Shown here: positions 13,658 to 26,731 of the stretch, piece by piece
Position numbering within the stretch: position 1 is the first letter of the stretch
How the letters are laid out: each line of letters opens with the position of its first letter
Assembly (NCBI RefSeq): GCF_000004825.1
Contig: NW_008805068.1
Coordinates: 1,925,471-1,989,470, forward strand
Direction: 5' to 3'
DNA length: 64,000 nt
Source: Heterostelium pallidum
Lineage: Eukaryota
Program-made: the position numbers and the translations under genes
Notes under the pieces: model-generated
Seen by the model: only the letters and a program-made list of their open reading frames with translations
Databases searched by the model: none
What the model was told of the DNA's origin: nothing

Positions 13658-13880
13658 ACAAACAAACAAACAATCAATCATACTATTGTTAGAATTAACA
13701 ATTAGAATTTAATTTAAATCAAAATAAATAAACTAATTATCATTCTTACTATATGTTTTATAATAATAATAATGTATTTATTAATTTTTTACGATCGTAA
13801 CTTTTATTATATTCTCTTGATGGTTTTGGTTTGTTTGTTGGTTTGATTGATTGATTGGTTAATATTAATTATTATTATTA

Positions 13881-15395
13881 TCATATCGATGTTTTAACAA
13901 GAAAAGCTAACATTCTCCACATTTTCAATACGAAATTCTCTGCTTCTTCGTCTATCATCTCTTTCAATTGCGATATAATAGTGTGTGGGTCAGATCTCTG
14001 CTTCATCAGACTTATAATATGTTCGATAAGGATTGTCTCTTCTGCACCAATGATCTCTGTCAACTTCTTATTGACCCAAGGTTTCAGTTTACTCTCAATG
14101 AGCTGCAATTTCTCGATCTCATCCCATTCCATTTTCATATTCAGCAGATCATCCTTATCCAGTGGTATAGTATCGATAATCTTTTGTAATTCTTCTTTTG
14201 ATCTTTGTTTAACTTGTTGTTGTTGTTGCTGTTGTTGTAATTGTTGTTGTTGCTGTTGTTGTTGTTGTGATTGTCTTAATTGTTGTTGTTGTTGTTGTTG
14301 CTGTTGTAATTGTTGTTGTTGTTGTTGCTGTACATTCGATTTCAATAATACTTTAGCATCTATATCGTTGCTGTTGGTATTATCCAATATTTCATTATAA
14401 TCTAAAAGTATCATTTGTTTCTTATTGACAATCTGTTCGGGTTCTTCGACTTCGTTCGTGTTGAATCCAGTGGCGGTCGATAAACGTGTAGCTTTCTTTG
14501 CCGAGAAATCCAATTGAATCTTATTGATGGTTTCCGCTGTCAGTCCAAGACCGCTACCGTTGTTCGACAGTGTCAACTTTCTTCCACCCAATCCAAGGCT
14601 AAAAGGTCCGATTACACCATGCTCACCACCGTTGTTACCGACACCACCAGCACCACTGACACCTGTCGAACTACCGCTACTCTCTTTCTCGCGTTCCAAC
14701 AGTCTCTCTCTCTCCTTTTCCTTTTCTCTTTCTTTCTCCCTCTCTTTCTCTTTGATGTCATCTTCCAACTCCTTCTGTCTTCTCTTGACAGAGTCACGTG
14801 CTCTCAAACGCTTTCTCATGTGTTCGTCGTCACTCGAGTATTCCTCCATCTCTTGCTTTCTGATATAGATTTCATTTCGTTCTCTCTCACGTTCTCTCTC
14901 CTTGTCACGTTCTCTATCCTTCTCGCTTCTCATCTCTCTTGCCTCCCAATCTCTTTCCTTTTCTCTCAGAGCTCTCTCGTTTCTCTCTCTCTTTCTTGTT
15001 TCTCTTTCCTTTTCCTTTTCAATCTCTTTCTCTTTCTCCTTGGCTGCCATCTTTAACTTTTCTTCTTTAGTCATCAATCTTAATTCTAATACTTTATTCT
15101 CTTGTATCTATATTTATAAATGAATGAATGAATATGAATTAGTTATATCTATCTATCTATCTATCTATACTATCTATTTATACATACTTCGGGAGGTGGT
15201 AATGATTTCTCTTTTTGTCTCTTCTTTTCCTCCAACATTACTTTGTTTTCTTTTACCAATTGTTGTATCGATTCTTTTGTAGTATCATCTTTATCTTTTT
15301 CCTCTGTTTGCTGTGTTTCTTTATCTTGTTCATTCTTATTTCTATTTTCAATATATTCATTTAAATACTTTTGTACTTTATCTTCTACCTTTAAC

Positions 15396-15469
<74 letters not shown>

Positions 15470-16246
15470 CATAATATTGTTTTGTTAATAAAAAATATAA
15501 ATATATTATTATGCTCTATCTATCGATCTATCTATCTAAAATAACCTTACCATTAAATTCTTATCATCAATTTGTAATTCATTTAATAATCTTAGAGCTC
15601 TTAATACACCTTCCGGTGAATCGAACTCACAGAATCCAAAACCTTTAAGTTTACCACTGGGATCGGATGCACGGTTCCACTTTACTACCTTTCCACAGAG
15701 ATCGAGTAACTTTCGAATAAAGTCATCTTCAACGGTCTCTGGTATCTTTCCTACATAGACTGTCGGTGTAATGGTTGCAGATGATGCTGTAGTTGTGGAT
15801 GACGATGACGACGACAAGTTTGAAGCATTAGCAGCAATCGATGCCGTTGCAGAAACAACTGGAGGTACAATCTTCATCATTGACGATTGATGATTCATCT
15901 GTTGCTGTTGCTGTTGTTGTTGTTGATGTTGTTGATGCTGCTGTTGTATATGATGTTTATGTGGTGTCATTTGTTTGTTTCCTAGTACTCCGGGTGGTCC
16001 GGGTGGTGTAGGTAACAATGGTGGAATCATCATTGGATGGCCACCGGGGAACCCAGGGAACATTCCGGGTGGTGGTGCCATCATTCCGTGGGGAGGTGGT
16101 GGATAGTTTGGAAAAAGATGTGGAGGTGGTGGAAACATCGGTCCTGGCGGAATACCGACACCTGGTGGTGGTGGATACTGATGTCGATGTGTTCCCGGTG
16201 GTGGAGGATGATGATGATGATATGAAGGTGGTTGATAAGGATTCAT
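13881..16246 (-). CDS. RNA-binding motif protein 25-like splicing factor (RRM + RE/RD/ER-rich region + C-terminal PWI domain). Exons 16246-15551, 15394-15187 and 15100-13881.
   Basis: The RRM (VYVGKIPETVEDDFIRKLLDLCGKVVKWNR...GFGFCEFDSPEGVLRALRLLNELQI) matches human RBM25 (VFVGNISEKASDMLIRQLL..GFGFCEYKEPESTLRALRLLHDLQI). The PWI region (KPWVNKKLTEIIGAEE..DEEAENFVLKMWRMLAF) matches the RBM25 C-terminus. The protein has a Pro/His-rich N-terminus and a poly-Q tract. Introns 15395-15550 and 15101-15186. Confidence 0.75.
14210..14340. repeat. (TTG/CAA)n trinucleotide tract encoding poly-Q in the RBM25-like gene.
   Basis: Direct reading: ttgttgttgctgttg... on the plus strand. Confidence 0.85.
15397..15476. 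repeat. (TAA)n microsatellite of about 26 units inside an RBM25-like intron.
   Basis: Direct reading. Confidence 0.9.
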
Positions 16247-16589
16247 TTTAGATCTACTACTAAATTATATAAATATAACTATATATATAATTATACCTAA
16301 TATATATATTATCTTCACACTCTACTATTGATCTAAAATTAGATATAAAAATAATATTTATATACTTAATAATTAATCGATCAAATCAATCCTTTTTAGA
16401 AATGATCATCAATTTAAAACAAATATTTTGAAAAACTTTTTGAAAAAAAAAAAAATACCAAGGATTTTGATTTGGATTTGGATTTGGATTTGCTGGTAAA
16501 TAAATCTTAATTAAATAATATCTTGTGTGAATATGAAGAAGGAAAATAATAATAATAATTTATATGAAATTAGTTATATTCATTAAAAA
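16247..16589. promoter_or_regulatory. Putative bidirectional promoter region shared by the divergent RBM25-like (-) and repeat-protein (+) genes.
   Basis: A 343-bp AT-rich spacer sits between two divergently oriented start codons. It contains A/T homopolymers. No specific motifs identified. Confidence 0.3.
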
Positions 16590-18392
16590 ATGAAAAGAAA
16601 ACATCAGATTAGTAAAAGTTCAAATGATTATGATGATAATGATGAATTGCTACAACTTGCAGTGACACTTGATTATCATGAAAATGGCGAACAACAACAA
16701 CCACAAACAATTTCTCTCTCGTCAGGCGAATCACTTACGAAAGAACAGCTTCTGTTGAAAGTAATTGATCTGCATCCAGAATATGCTATTGCCTATTACA
16801 AGTTGGCATTGCTTCTTAAAAGAGACTATCGGCGATCATCTATCATTCTTCGATCTGGTCGATCAATGACTGTGCAAAAACTATTCATGAAATCAATAGA
16901 GTGTGACCCAACTCATTCCAATTCATATCATAAACTTGCAAATACTCTTTCAGGTGATGATGATAATGATAAATCAGTCGGACTTGGTGGAAAATCAATG
17001 ACTGTGCAGCAACTATACTTGAAGGCAATAGAATGTGATCCAACAAATTCCCGTTCCTACTATAAACTTGCAATTACACTTTCCGATGGTGAAACAATCA
17101 CACTTAATGATGGACAATCAATGACTGAGCAAAGACTATATTTGAAATCAATCGAATATGATCCGACCAATTCCAATCCATATCATAATCTCGCAACGAT
17201 ACTTTCAGATGGTGAATCAATCACACTTAATGATGGACAATCAATGACTGTGCAACAACTATACTTGAAATCAATAGAATGTGATCCAACAGATTGCAGT
17301 TCGTACATCGACCTTGCCAGTACACTTTCCGATGGTGAATCAATCACGCTTAACAATGGACAATCAATGACAGAACGACAACTTTACTTAAAAGCAATAG
17401 AATGTGATCCAAACGAATCCGATTCATATTATAACCTCGCAAAAGTACTATCTCGAAACGAATCGATCACACTCCATAATGGACAATCAATGACAAAACA
17501 ACAACTATACTTAAAGTCAATAGAATTTAGTCCAAATGATTCCGATTCATATATTAACCTCGCCAAAACACTATCTCGACATGAATCTATCACATTTAAC
17601 GATGGCGAGTCAATAACAAAACAACAATTATTATTGGAGGCAATTGAATGCGACCCAACCAATTCCAAACCATATCATAACATTGCAACGACACTTTTAG
17701 ATGGTGAATCGATCACACTCCATAATGGACAATCGATGACAAAACAACAACTGTACGTAAAGTCAATAGAATGTGAACCAACCAATTCCAAATCATATTA
17801 TAACCTTGCAGCGACACTTTCAAGAGGTGAATCAATAACACTTAATAATGGACAATCAATGACAATTCAGCGACTATATTTAAAGGCAATAGAATGTGAA
17901 CCAACCGATTTCAAACCATATTACAACCTTGCAGCGACACTTTCAAGTGGTAAAACGATCACACTTAACAATGGACAATCAATGACAAATCAACGACTAT
18001 ACTTAAAAGCAATAGAATGTAATCCAACCTACTCCCCATCCTACAATAACCTCGCAACTACACTTACTTTTAAGACATCAATCACTCTGAATAATGGACA
18101 ATCGATGACAGAGCAACAACTATACTTAAAATCAATAGAATACGATCCAGCTGATCCCGATCCATATTTTAACCTTGCAAATACACTATCTCTATACGAA
18201 ACAGTCACACTCCACAATGATGTGAAAATGACAAAACAACAACTATTATTGGAATCACTAAGATTGGATGATACACAAGCATCGGTTTTCAAATCTATTG
18301 GATTAACTCTTTTGAACAACAAACAAACCATTACACTTCCAAATGGTGAACAGATGTCAAGAAGACAACTAATTCAAAAAGCAAGAGAATAA
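16590..18392 (+). CDS. Tandem-repeat protein of 600 aa with about 14 copies of a 40-aa TPR-like unit. No recognisable orthologue.
   Basis: Single intronless ORF. The repeat unit is (SITLNNGQSMTxQQLYLKAIECDPTNSxSYYNLAxTLSxGE)n. The helix-turn-helix pattern ..LYLKAIE.DP.N..SYYNLA..L resembles TPR/Sel1-like half repeats. Confidence 0.65.
   Translation: MKRKHQISKSSNDYDDNDELLQLAVTLDYHENGEQQQPQTISLSSGESLTKEQLLLKVIDLHPEYAIAYYKLALLLKRDYRRSSIILRSGRSMTVQKLFMKSIECDPTHSNSYHKLANTLSGDDDNDKSVGLGGKSMTVQQLYLKAIECDPTNSRSYYKLAITLSDGETITLNDGQSMTEQRLYLKSIEYDPTNSNPYHNLATILSDGESITLNDGQSMTVQQLYLKSIECDPTDCSSYIDLASTLSDGESITLNNGQSMTERQLYLKAIECDPNESDSYYNLAKVLSRNESITLHNGQSMTKQQLYLKSIEFSPNDSDSYINLAKTLSRHESITFNDGESITKQQLLLEAIECDPTNSKPYHNIATTLLDGESITLHNGQSMTKQQLYVKSIECEPTNSKSYYNLAATLSRGESITLNNGQSMTIQRLYLKAIECEPTDFKPYYNLAATLSSGKTITLNNGQSMTNQRLYLKAIECNPTYSPSYNNLATTLTFKTSITLNNGQSMTEQQLYLKSIEYDPADPDPYFNLANTLSLYETVTLHNDVKMTKQQLLLESLRLDDTQASVFKSIGLTLLNNKQTITLPNGEQMSRRQLIQKARE
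16850..18310 (+). repeat. 120-bp-period tandem DNA repeat array of about 12 units (70-90% identity), in coding sequence.
   Basis: The recurring string ggacaatcaatgac(t/a)...caactatacttgaaa(g/t)caatagaatgtgatccaac appears at 17111, 17231, 17351, 17471, 17711, 17831, 17951 and 18071. The spacing is exactly 120 bp. Confidence 0.85.
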
Positions 18393-18539
18393 ATAAAAAA
18401 CTCTTACTATGTATTTACTTTAATTAAAACTAAATGTTGAAACACTTGTAGAGTGTAAATAGAATAAGTTCAAACATGAGCTTTACATAATAAGAGATTT
18501 AAAAATGATATGATAATTACAAATTTATTATTATAATAA

Positions 18540-20989
18540 TTAAAAGATGTCAGATTTCTGAGCACCTTTAGGTTCTTTTTGAAGCGATACTTGATAGAGC
18601 TCAGCCACCGTCGGTGAATTGAGATCTTTGATGAATGTTTGTATGATTGGTACATAGTTTAAGTTGTATTCGGACCATTGGTATTGTTGCACCTCCGATA
18701 TCACCTTGTAAAGTAGTGTATACTTTGAGAAATTGATTAGATTGTTTCCAATGATATTAGGATTACCTTCTTCGATAAATGTTAAATCTGTCAAGTATAC
18801 TCCACTATTATTATTATTATAAATAAATAACAAAATATTAATATTTCTTTTCATTTCATATTTATAATAATAATCAACTTACATATAAGGTACACAGGGT
18901 GGATCAGTGTTATGAAGTAACTCTCTATATGTTTTATAGGAAGATTCACAACTCATTTCTTTCTCTAACGACTCCAATGACTCCAAGTATTTCTTACCAA
19001 CCAGTGCTTTGGTGAATTTCAATCTTAGAAGAGCAGAATTGTTCAAACCACCCAAGAATGCCATTAATGTATTAAAATTCTTTGAGTTCTCTTAGTTTCT
19101 ATTTAGATTTTAAAAGAAGATAATAATAAGTTAGTTAATTATAAATAGATCTAAAGATAGTTGTTATTATTATTATTTACCTCTGCAATCTTTATGATTC
19201 TTTCCATACGTTTAGCACGTGTCTTCACTCTCTCTGGTTCGAGAATGAGTTTTACAACCCAGAGACCAACTTCATTGAATCTATTGATCATCTGAAGAAT
19301 GGTTGGTGATCTACGTGATGCAATGGCAGGTTTGTTCCAAGCTTGATTCAAAAACTCTGTTTGTCTGATAGTACTGTAGAGCATAAAATCAAAGAGTGTC
19401 AGCTGTCTGGCAATCTCTTCGTCGTCAAAGTCGAATATCGATCTAGCATTCTTAATGCCTTTACTCTTGATCTCTGGTTTCTTTCTTGGACTGGATGACA
19501 TCGGTGATCCTGAAACACCAACACTCACACTATTATGACCATTTGGTTTCTTAATCTTCTTACTCGGCGTTGACGATCTAAGATTATTATTACTACTACT
19601 TAAAGATAATGGTGTACCATTACTATTATTAATACTATTATGTAAATTATTACTACTACTATTATTATTATTAATACTATTTGATAAACTATTGCTATTG
19701 TTATTGTTATTGCTATTAATTAGTTGTACAGGTCTTGGTGATGTTAATGTACCGTTCGATCTTGTTCTAGCTAGTTCACCTTTGATTCCGCATGTTCTCT
19801 TGAGGATACATCCACGAATTTGATTACCGAGCTGTGGGAATGCTTGCATCATGTGAGTATCGACAAAGTCAACCATGAGTTTCGTGGTAGAGAATCCAAA
19901 GTCTTCGTAGTGGTGTTCCACCCAGTACTTGATGACGTTGGCAACACGCAGTTGAATCGATTGTTTCTCACGCTCGTCGATATCGGCGTCGTTCGGCACT
20001 CTGAATCGCTCAAAGAGCTTGGCGAGAAGCACGTGCGCAGAGGTATACGAAGAGTAGGTCATAAGCAGTGCTTTCATAAACATGAGATCGTGTGTATTCT
20101 CAGAGGTGAGACGAATGATCAGCTTGTTGAGAGTACCGGCATCGATAGGTGGATAGGGATCATCGGATGACTTTGTCTTTGAATAAACGATATTCATAGG
20201 TGAATCAGGTGGCTCTTCCCAAATATTTACATTGTTTCGCTCATCCAATTGATCACCCAACGCTGCCAACGATGCCAGTGAACTAGTTGAACCAACAGAA
20301 GAACTTGGTGATTCGCTAATCTTTGTGTTATTTTGTTGATTAGTTTGTTGATTATTTTGTTGATTTACTTGTTGTTGTTGATTTGATTGTTGTTGTTGAT
20401 TTGATTGTTGTTGTTGTGATGATGAAGTATGTTGAACTTCAATTACAACACGATCATTTGGTTGAACACCATGTTGTTTCAAAGAGAGTTTGGTATCCAA
20501 GTCGTTCTCGGCGTCACCCAGTCTCTTGATGGTGTAGGCACGTTCTCTTCTGAAACCAAGATGATTAGATAATCTCTTGCAAACATCTTCGATAGGATCG
20601 TTGAAATCTACAAACACTAAATTCTGTTCTCCATCTTTTCCAAATATATACAATCTGTTTGCATTCTCTTTAAATTCGATTTCCTTCTACAAAAATATTT
20701 TTGTATAACATAATGTTAGTTAGTATTGTTATAGATTAACTGCACTGTACTGTATACACTTACATCAAGATCATATGACCAAAGATAACGATTCATATCT
20801 AATATCGTAGTACTATCCTTGAATGTCAAGCAATAGTCTTTTACATTGGCTATTCCTTCGTTGAATACCAACATATTGAACAACGATTGAACGGTTGTGT
20901 ATTGATCAAATTTGAATATAACTTTTCTATCTCCTGGTTTTATAATTACAGTATATTTTCTACATCTTTGTTTAAACTCTAATGTTGTC

Positions 20990-21023
<34 letters not shown>

Positions 21024-23811
21024 TGTTAGTTATCAACTATATACTTTGAATAGTTTGATAAACACTTACTTGATTTTGAAGATGATATGAATCTAAAAGT
21101 TGATCTTCATCCATCCAGAAACCATCGTCGTCATCCTCTGAAGGCGTTAGATAGAATCCACATTTGTTTACACTATCAAGTAGACCTGCTCGTAATCCAG
21201 TCATTTTGATCGCTCTTGACACCGGTGTATTTGGATCGAATGCAAGCTCGAGGTGGTTACGTCTGGAGTTGGCAGTTGTCACCAAGAAACGAAGATGCAA
21301 CGACTTTGATTCGAGAATCAGTGTATCGGTGAGCGAAGATAGGTTTCTAAAGATGAGAACCGACTGACTGTTGATGTGATAAGTAGAGAACAACTCATCT
21401 TCGTCCAGTAGAATCTCTTGTTGTGATGGATCGACGACGCCGCCCGAACGTTGTAAGAAGATACCATACTGTGAGACATCGATCGATGTGTGGAATTTGA
21501 GGTAGAGCTTACGAATGATCGAGCGAATCGAAGTGAATTGCGTTAGCTTCAGGGTGGTGTTGGCTGGGTGTTGATCCTCGGAGAAACAGGGAATGTGAAT
21601 CTTTACGAATTGGATGCTCAAGACAATCGTCTTGAGTTCGAGTGTCTCCATCTCGTGTAGACCGAGCTCGAGCAGTGTCTTCTCCTTGTGCAGTGGGACG
21701 AGCGGATTGTCACGACGGAACAGAGCAAAGCTGTAGTGATGTTCTCCACTCGCTGGCTGTGGTCCGCCATCGGAGATCACATCAGTTGGCTCCCATTCGT
21801 CGTTGCTGGTATGCTTTGCTTTTTGCAGACCTTTGTGATGCACCAGATTAGGAATAACCAGAGAAAGTACCTCATCTACAGTTGAACATGGTGAAAATTT
21901 AAAGATCTTTTCGATTTTAGATTGTTGTTGTTGATGTTGGAGTTGAAGTTGTTGAAGTTGTTGTGACAAAGGTGATGATGACGATGACGATGAGTTTTGA
22001 AGTGGCTGTTGTTGACTAAGAGGTGACGAAGGTGGTGTGTTCTGAGATGAGATTTGTGAAATATTAGGAGTTGATCTCCATAGAAGATTTTTAATTTGTG
22101 TACTTTGTGGACGACTTCTCTCACCGGAAGAGTGAAGTTTAGAAGCCGGAGAACCATTTGAGTTGGTAGTGGTGGTTGTAGTGTTGTTATTATGATTTCC
22201 ACTGTTACTGGAAATGGTTGGTGATGATGGTGCAGATTGAGTTGTATTGTTTATTAAAAATAGCAAGAGTAGTGAGATCTCTGAGGGTATCGATTTCGAT
22301 GGGATAAAACTGTGGTGAGCTTCATCGACGCTTTGTTCCAGTGGCGATACAACTTCGCTACTACTACTCTCGAGGTGGTGATGGTGGTTACTACTACTGC
22401 TGCTGCTGCTGCTAAGTGCAACGTTCAAATCCAACTTTGGAACAGGTGCCAACGTTGTTGGATGAATTGCTGTAGTACTACTACTGTTGAGTTCATTTTC
22501 AAAATGGTTGCCTGTTGAAAACTCACTACTGTTACTGAGATTTTCAAACATTGGTGAATTTGGGGTTTGTGGGTGAATATGATTTTGCTGTACAGGTGGT
22601 GGTGGTGTTTGTTGTTGTTGTTGCTGTTGTTGATAGAGTCTTGGTGGCAATTGTGGTGGTGTTTGTGGTGGTGTCATCGGTAGTGGTTTAGTTCTGAAAT
22701 TCTTGAGATGCACTGAAACTGGCTTGGGTGTAGCTTTTCTTGAGGAAACCGATGGACTGCTGACAGAGTTGGTTTCCTGTGCTAGTGAAGGTGAACTTGG
22801 TGTCAAAATAGGTGATGATGGTTGTTTAAGTGATGAACTTTGTGAAATTGATGTTGATGCCGATGGTGTTGATGATGCCGATGTTGCTGTTGTTGCCGCC
22901 GATGTTACTACGGTTGGTTGTGGTTTGGGTGATGATGGTAGTGCTCTTGTAGGCTTATTACTATTACTACTACTACTATTATTACTATTACTATTAATGT
23001 TATTACTTATAGTGTATACAAGACCAGGTGAATTCGGTACGAAACTAAGTTGATTTGCTGCCAATTGTTTATTTAGTTCTCTCTTCCACTCGCTTATAGA
23101 CATCTTCTCTCGTAGTTCTTGTTCTTCACTATCAACTTTTTCTTGTTGTATGATTTCTTCCTGTGGTAAAGAAATTTCTTTTTCTACAAACTTTGGACTT
23201 TCCTCTTTTACCAATTTTTCATTATCAATCAAAGTTGAATGTTGTTGTTGTTGTTGCTGTTGCTGTTTGGTTTTAATATCGTTTTTCCATTTACTGTTGC
23301 TATTATTATTATTACTATTATTATTATTGCTATTGTTGTTGTTGCCTCTACTGCTGCTGCTATTGTTGTTTGTAGGTTTTTTATTGCTATTGTTATTATT
23401 ATTATTATTATTATTATTGTTATTAATATTGTTGTTGGCTTGACGATGACTATTTTTATAATTCTTATTTTGATTTTGATTTTGATTTGGGTTTGAATGT
23501 TTAATTTGGATGTCTTCAGAAGCGGTAAAGAAAGAAGTAGTTTCCTCAACTAGTTTACTATTTTGTATTTGTTGTTGTTGTTGTTGCTCTTGTTGTTGAG
23601 TTGATACAACAACAGTTGGTGATGCCCCATCCATTTCCTCTTCCTCCTCCTCCTCAGCTTCCTGTTGTTCTTCTTCTTCCTCTTGAGGTTGTTGTTGTTG
23701 TTGTATCTCAATAGTGAAATGTTGTTGTTGCTGTTGGTTTATTTGCAAACCACTGGAAGTAGCAACAGCAAACATATCCAAAGAATAACTATTCGTTTCA
23801 AATTTAGACAT
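18540..23811 (-). CDS. Ras guanine-nucleotide exchange factor (RasGEF), about 1860 aa. Domain order is a Q/N/S-rich N-terminus, then tandem ubiquitin-like/RA-like modules, then the REM domain, then the CDC25 catalytic domain. Five exons.
   Basis: REM region: DAGTLNKLIIRLTSENTHDLMFMKALLMTYSSYTS. Catalytic-domain motifs: EIARQLTLFDFMLYSTI, NFNTLMAFLGG, PYIGVYLTDLTFIEEGNP. Exons on the minus strand: 23811-21070, 20988-20764, 20686-19181, 19088-18883, 18804-18540. All junctions are GT/AG with consistent phases and AT-rich introns. Confidence 0.75.
20991..21022. repeat. (TAA)n microsatellite in a RasGEF intron.
   Basis: Direct reading. Confidence 0.9.
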
Positions 23812-25006
23812 CTGGTGTTGAGGATCGGTAAAAATTTTGTGTGTGTGTGATATGTCTAAAAAAAAATTTTGATTTGATTAGTTTTTTTTATGATTTGTCT
23901 GAGTGATTTGTTTTTATTGTGTGGAGATATGATATTGTGTGTGATAAAATCAAATCAAACAAATAACCTTTTTCGATTTTTACACTTTTCAATATTATAA
24001 TTAAAAATTATTATAAAATGATTTATCTACTTATTTGATTATAACAACTTGGGAGAAATATAAGAATTAACCAATAAAGTGTAAAATAATGATGTGGTAT
24101 TGTCGTTGTGTTTGTTGTATAAATTGGTGTGTGTAATAAATAACAATATTTGTGTTGTGTCTATTTAACTTTATCTACTTATATGTATATTTGTATGTCA
24201 AATATATATTATAAAAATGTGATGTGTTGTTGTTCTATGTTGTTAATCATAAAGGTGATGGTGTAATTTAAAATACATACCCAATCAATGATTGAAAGTT
24301 AACTGGCCACACACAAAATAATAAGGATAGTATTTTAAAAATAAATAAGTATCGCTAACTTTATATGGTTTTAGCTCTTGTTCTGTCACTCACTACTACT
24401 ATATTATTGTAGAATCAAATTTATTATGATTATGTGTTATGTATGATTTGATTGAAACTATTTTTAAAAATAAATAGAAAAAAAAAACTGCTAATTAATT
24501 TACAATCTTATGTTTGTTTGTTGATGATCTTGTCAAGTTGTTGTTGTTTGATGTTGCTGATGATGTTATTGTTATAGCTGGCTAGCTGCTGTTGTTATTG
24601 TTGTTGTTGTTGTTGTTTATATTGATATAAAATATACAAATATGTAATTGAGAGATTATACTAATATATATTTACTAATGTGGAATATATTTGTGACTAT
24701 AAATATAATTGATTGGACTATAGTTTTAAAATAACTTTTAAAATTGTTTTGGTATTACAAGTATTATTTTTACAGGGTTATTATTATGATTTATTTTTGG
24801 ATTGTTTTGACTGTTTGAATGATTTATTTATTTATTTGTTAATCCAAAACAAAACAATTAAGTTTGGTGGATATAACTTTATTTATGATTATCAATTTTT
24901 GGTATGATAAAAGAAAAAACAAAACAAAAAGCTTTTTGATTTTATAACAGTCAAAGAAATATCACGATGATAAAAAAAAAGAGGTTTTTGTTGTTTGTTT
25001 TTTAGT

Positions 25007-25007
<1 letters not shown>

Positions 25008-25036
<29 letters not shown>
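25008..25036. repeat. Poly(A) homopolymer of about 29 nt in the RasGEF upstream intergenic region.
   Basis: Direct reading. Confidence 0.9.
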
Positions 25037-25039
<3 letters not shown>

Positions 25040-25541
25040 GTTATGGTTTGGTTCTGGATCTAGGATGGGCTTTTTACCCCACACATATTTAAATTTAAGG
25101 ATTTGATTGATCGCATTAAAAACTATTATTTTTGGAAGCAAAAAAATTTTTTAAAAAAAAACAAAATGGATGAATCGCAGTGCATAAAAAGAATTGAACT
25201 GAACTGAACTGATTGTATTTGAATGGGCACAATGAGTTGATTGTGTGTAAACCTTTTTATTGTAAAATATTATTTTCACAGTTTCAAATACATCGATGTT
25301 CAAAAATGGTTTTTTTAATTTTATTTTACTTAAAGCTTCAACAACCACCTTGCAGTCTTTGAATTCTTTATCTACTCATATCTCATTATTAATGACTTAT
25401 TTCAAATTGATTATTCCGAAAACATTTGAAATGTTTTGTTGTTTTTATTGCCTTTTTTGGTATAAAAAAAAAAAAAATTAATATGTTATTTTTATTTGTA
25501 TTTTGTTAATTATCTCTCGATTGATAAATGGTGGTTGTTTT

Positions 25542-26731
25542 TTAGTTGACAGCACGTCCAAAGAGTGAGGATGTTTGGTTGAGAATGATATTTTGTTTGA
25601 GAGTTGCCTCTTCAGAGTCAGACTCAGAGTCTGGTACGATATGATCGAATTCCTGTACTTGAGCGGAATGTGAAATGATATAGGACGAGCGGATCAAGCT
25701 GGTGGTGATGTTTGGCTTGGCCATTTCATTCAGTTCGTTCTTGTCGTTGGAGCTAGAGAGTGGCTTGAACAATGCCGGATCGGCAAATGTATTGTACTGA
25801 GTGTTAAGTGCCGCCTTCTCGGAATCTTCGTTATCTTCCTTGTTATCGGCATCGCCTTTGGCGCCGGTGGTGGTGTCAGACATCTCAATGTCATCCTTGA
25901 AATTCTCGTATTTCATCGCGTTTCTCTGGTAGTAAACGACCATGCAGAACATTACCACCTGGAAGATTGGCACCGCTGAGTAGGTGATGAAAGCGAGGTA
26001 GTCGAATGGCAACTGGAAGATCAAGCTGAGAATCGAGAATACACCACCGAGCGTATCGAGACAGATGAAAATCTTACTGATTCCAACTGCCGATTTCGAA
26101 CGATAGATGGTGTAGAGCTGAGGGAAGAATCCCAGTGCCATCAGAGTGGTGGAGACGATACACGCGAATATTCCTACTCTCTTTCTGTTCATGTGTCCCA
26201 TGGCCAAATAGAGGAATCCACCTACCACAACAGACAATATAATCGCAGCAATAAAGATACTTGCTAAACTCATCAATGGTTTCTTCCTTTAAATTGTAAT
26301 AATAAATAATAAAATTAGTTAACTAACTGTTTTTGTTTTTTTTTTTTCAAGAAAAAAGAAATATATATATACTTTTGATAATGCATAATTTGAAAGAGTA
26401 GTGCAAGACAAAAGAATGTGAAAGCAAATATCTGGATGATGAGAGCTATTGTATCTCTTTCAAAGAGTAAATAGGTTCCAAGAAAGATACCACAGATATA
26501 CCATGATAAAAAACAAAGAGGTGATAGATTATCTGCACTCTTTCTTTTATAATTAAGATGAACTATTTATAATTGGTTTGGAGTAGAATTGAATTATTAA
26601 TTAATAACCAATTTGTTTTAGAAAAGGATTAATAGATTGATTTGATTTTACTTACTTTGAGGCACTAATTGAATTGACCATAAAATAGCGCCAGCAATTC
26701 CAAAGAGATTCGAAACAATTTTATTATCCAT
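25542..26731 (-). CDS. PQ-loop repeat transmembrane protein (two PQ-loop motifs). Exons 26731-26656, 26562-26373 and 26286-25542.
   Basis: The first PQ-loop (WSIQLVPQ|IHLNYKRKSADNLSPLCFLSWYICGIFLGTY) spans intron 1. The second is FFPQLYTIYRSKSAVGISKIFICLDTLGG. Hydrophobic helices. Acidic/Ser-rich C-terminal tail. Confidence 0.7.

Noticed and set aside
13855-14400. Plus-strand ORF encoding a poly-Cys/poly-Leu tract (CCCCCCCC...), and a similar one at 23150..23443.
   Set aside because: These are the antisense reading of (CAA)n/(TTG)n poly-Q tracts in the RBM25-like and RasGEF genes.
26490-26520. Suspected frameshift in PQ-loop exon 2 at a T-run.
   Set aside because: Recounting the plus-strand A-run (26508-26513, six A) showed the exon is in a single frame. 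My first transcription dropped one T.
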